From positions 1 to 49,586 of the forward strand of contig UYFQ01000669.1 of assembly GCA_900617105.1 (NCBI GenBank): DNA of 49,586 nt, written 5' to 3'. The notes under the pieces are model-generated. The model was not told where the DNA came from and ran no database searches. It saw only the letters and a program-made list of their open reading frames with translations. Every line of letters begins with the position of its first letter. Position 1 is the first letter of the stretch. Made by a program: the position numbers and the translations under genes. Below are positions 23,235 through 49,586 of the stretch, piece after piece. The DNA comes from Hydrurus foetidus. Lineage: Eukaryota.

Positions 23235-23597
23235 AATCAGTCAAAGAAAGTGAAATCGCCGGCTACTTATTCGCGATATCGCAGAAGTAATTCAAAGAGC
23301 AGACTCAATTTTTACAATTTGTTTGTTGATAGCTCGAGCTAACTTTAATGAATTGAAGATGTGAATGATCCGAGATGATGGCGAAGTTGTTTTGAAAAAG
23401 TGCCTGATCCGATCAGAAGTGAAACTGCCGTTTATAGGAGATCATCTTCTTGCACTGAAACAATGAAACAATGAACTACACCTGATAGACTTCGTTATGT
23501 TCCATGTCGCATAGATAATAATTTGCTCGTGAAGTCATTCTGACATCTCGTAATCAACCCTGCCTTTCAATCTGTGAGACAAACAGCTGAAATCGCG
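23235..23597. promoter_or_regulatory. Putative bidirectional promoter shared by IFT74 and the dynein heavy chain
   Basis: Only 363 bp separate the two divergent ATGs (23234 and 23598). Confidence 0.65.
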
Positions 23598-49571
<25,974 letters not shown>

Positions 49572-49586
49572 GTAAGAGAGAGAGAG

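Noticed and set aside
23495..23520. X-box-like sequence in the ciliary bidirectional promoter
   Set aside because: Poor match to GTNRCC-N(0-3)-RGYAAC.

Overview
Eukaryotic nuclear DNA with GT-AG spliceosomal introns and the standard genetic code. It most likely comes from a flagellated stramenopile-type protist (inference from IFT74, inner-arm dynein I1, aureochrome-style bZIP basic regions, a Cys-poor BUD31 and TTAGGG repeats). I traced eight protein-coding genes by hand: a stand-alone RFTS/DNMT1-RFD-like protein, an intronless hemerythrin-like protein, a double-bZIP factor, HAAO, a PTEN/tensin-type phosphatase-C2 protein, BUD31, IFT74 (14 exons) and a DNAH10-type axonemal dynein heavy chain. 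The dynein has 44 traced exons, appears to lack one exon in this assembly, and runs off the window. The most striking non-coding structure is a ~245-bp element in the PTEN/BUD31 divergent promoter: 20 in-register TTAGGG-type units flanked by 53-bp inverted repeats, each made of three 21-bp-periodic subrepeats. Introns far from transcription starts are expanded by strand-biased tetra- and pentanucleotide microsatellites. Most ORFs in the supplied track beyond 15 kb are microsatellite or antisense artefacts. All gene models and domain calls are by eye, without database searches.
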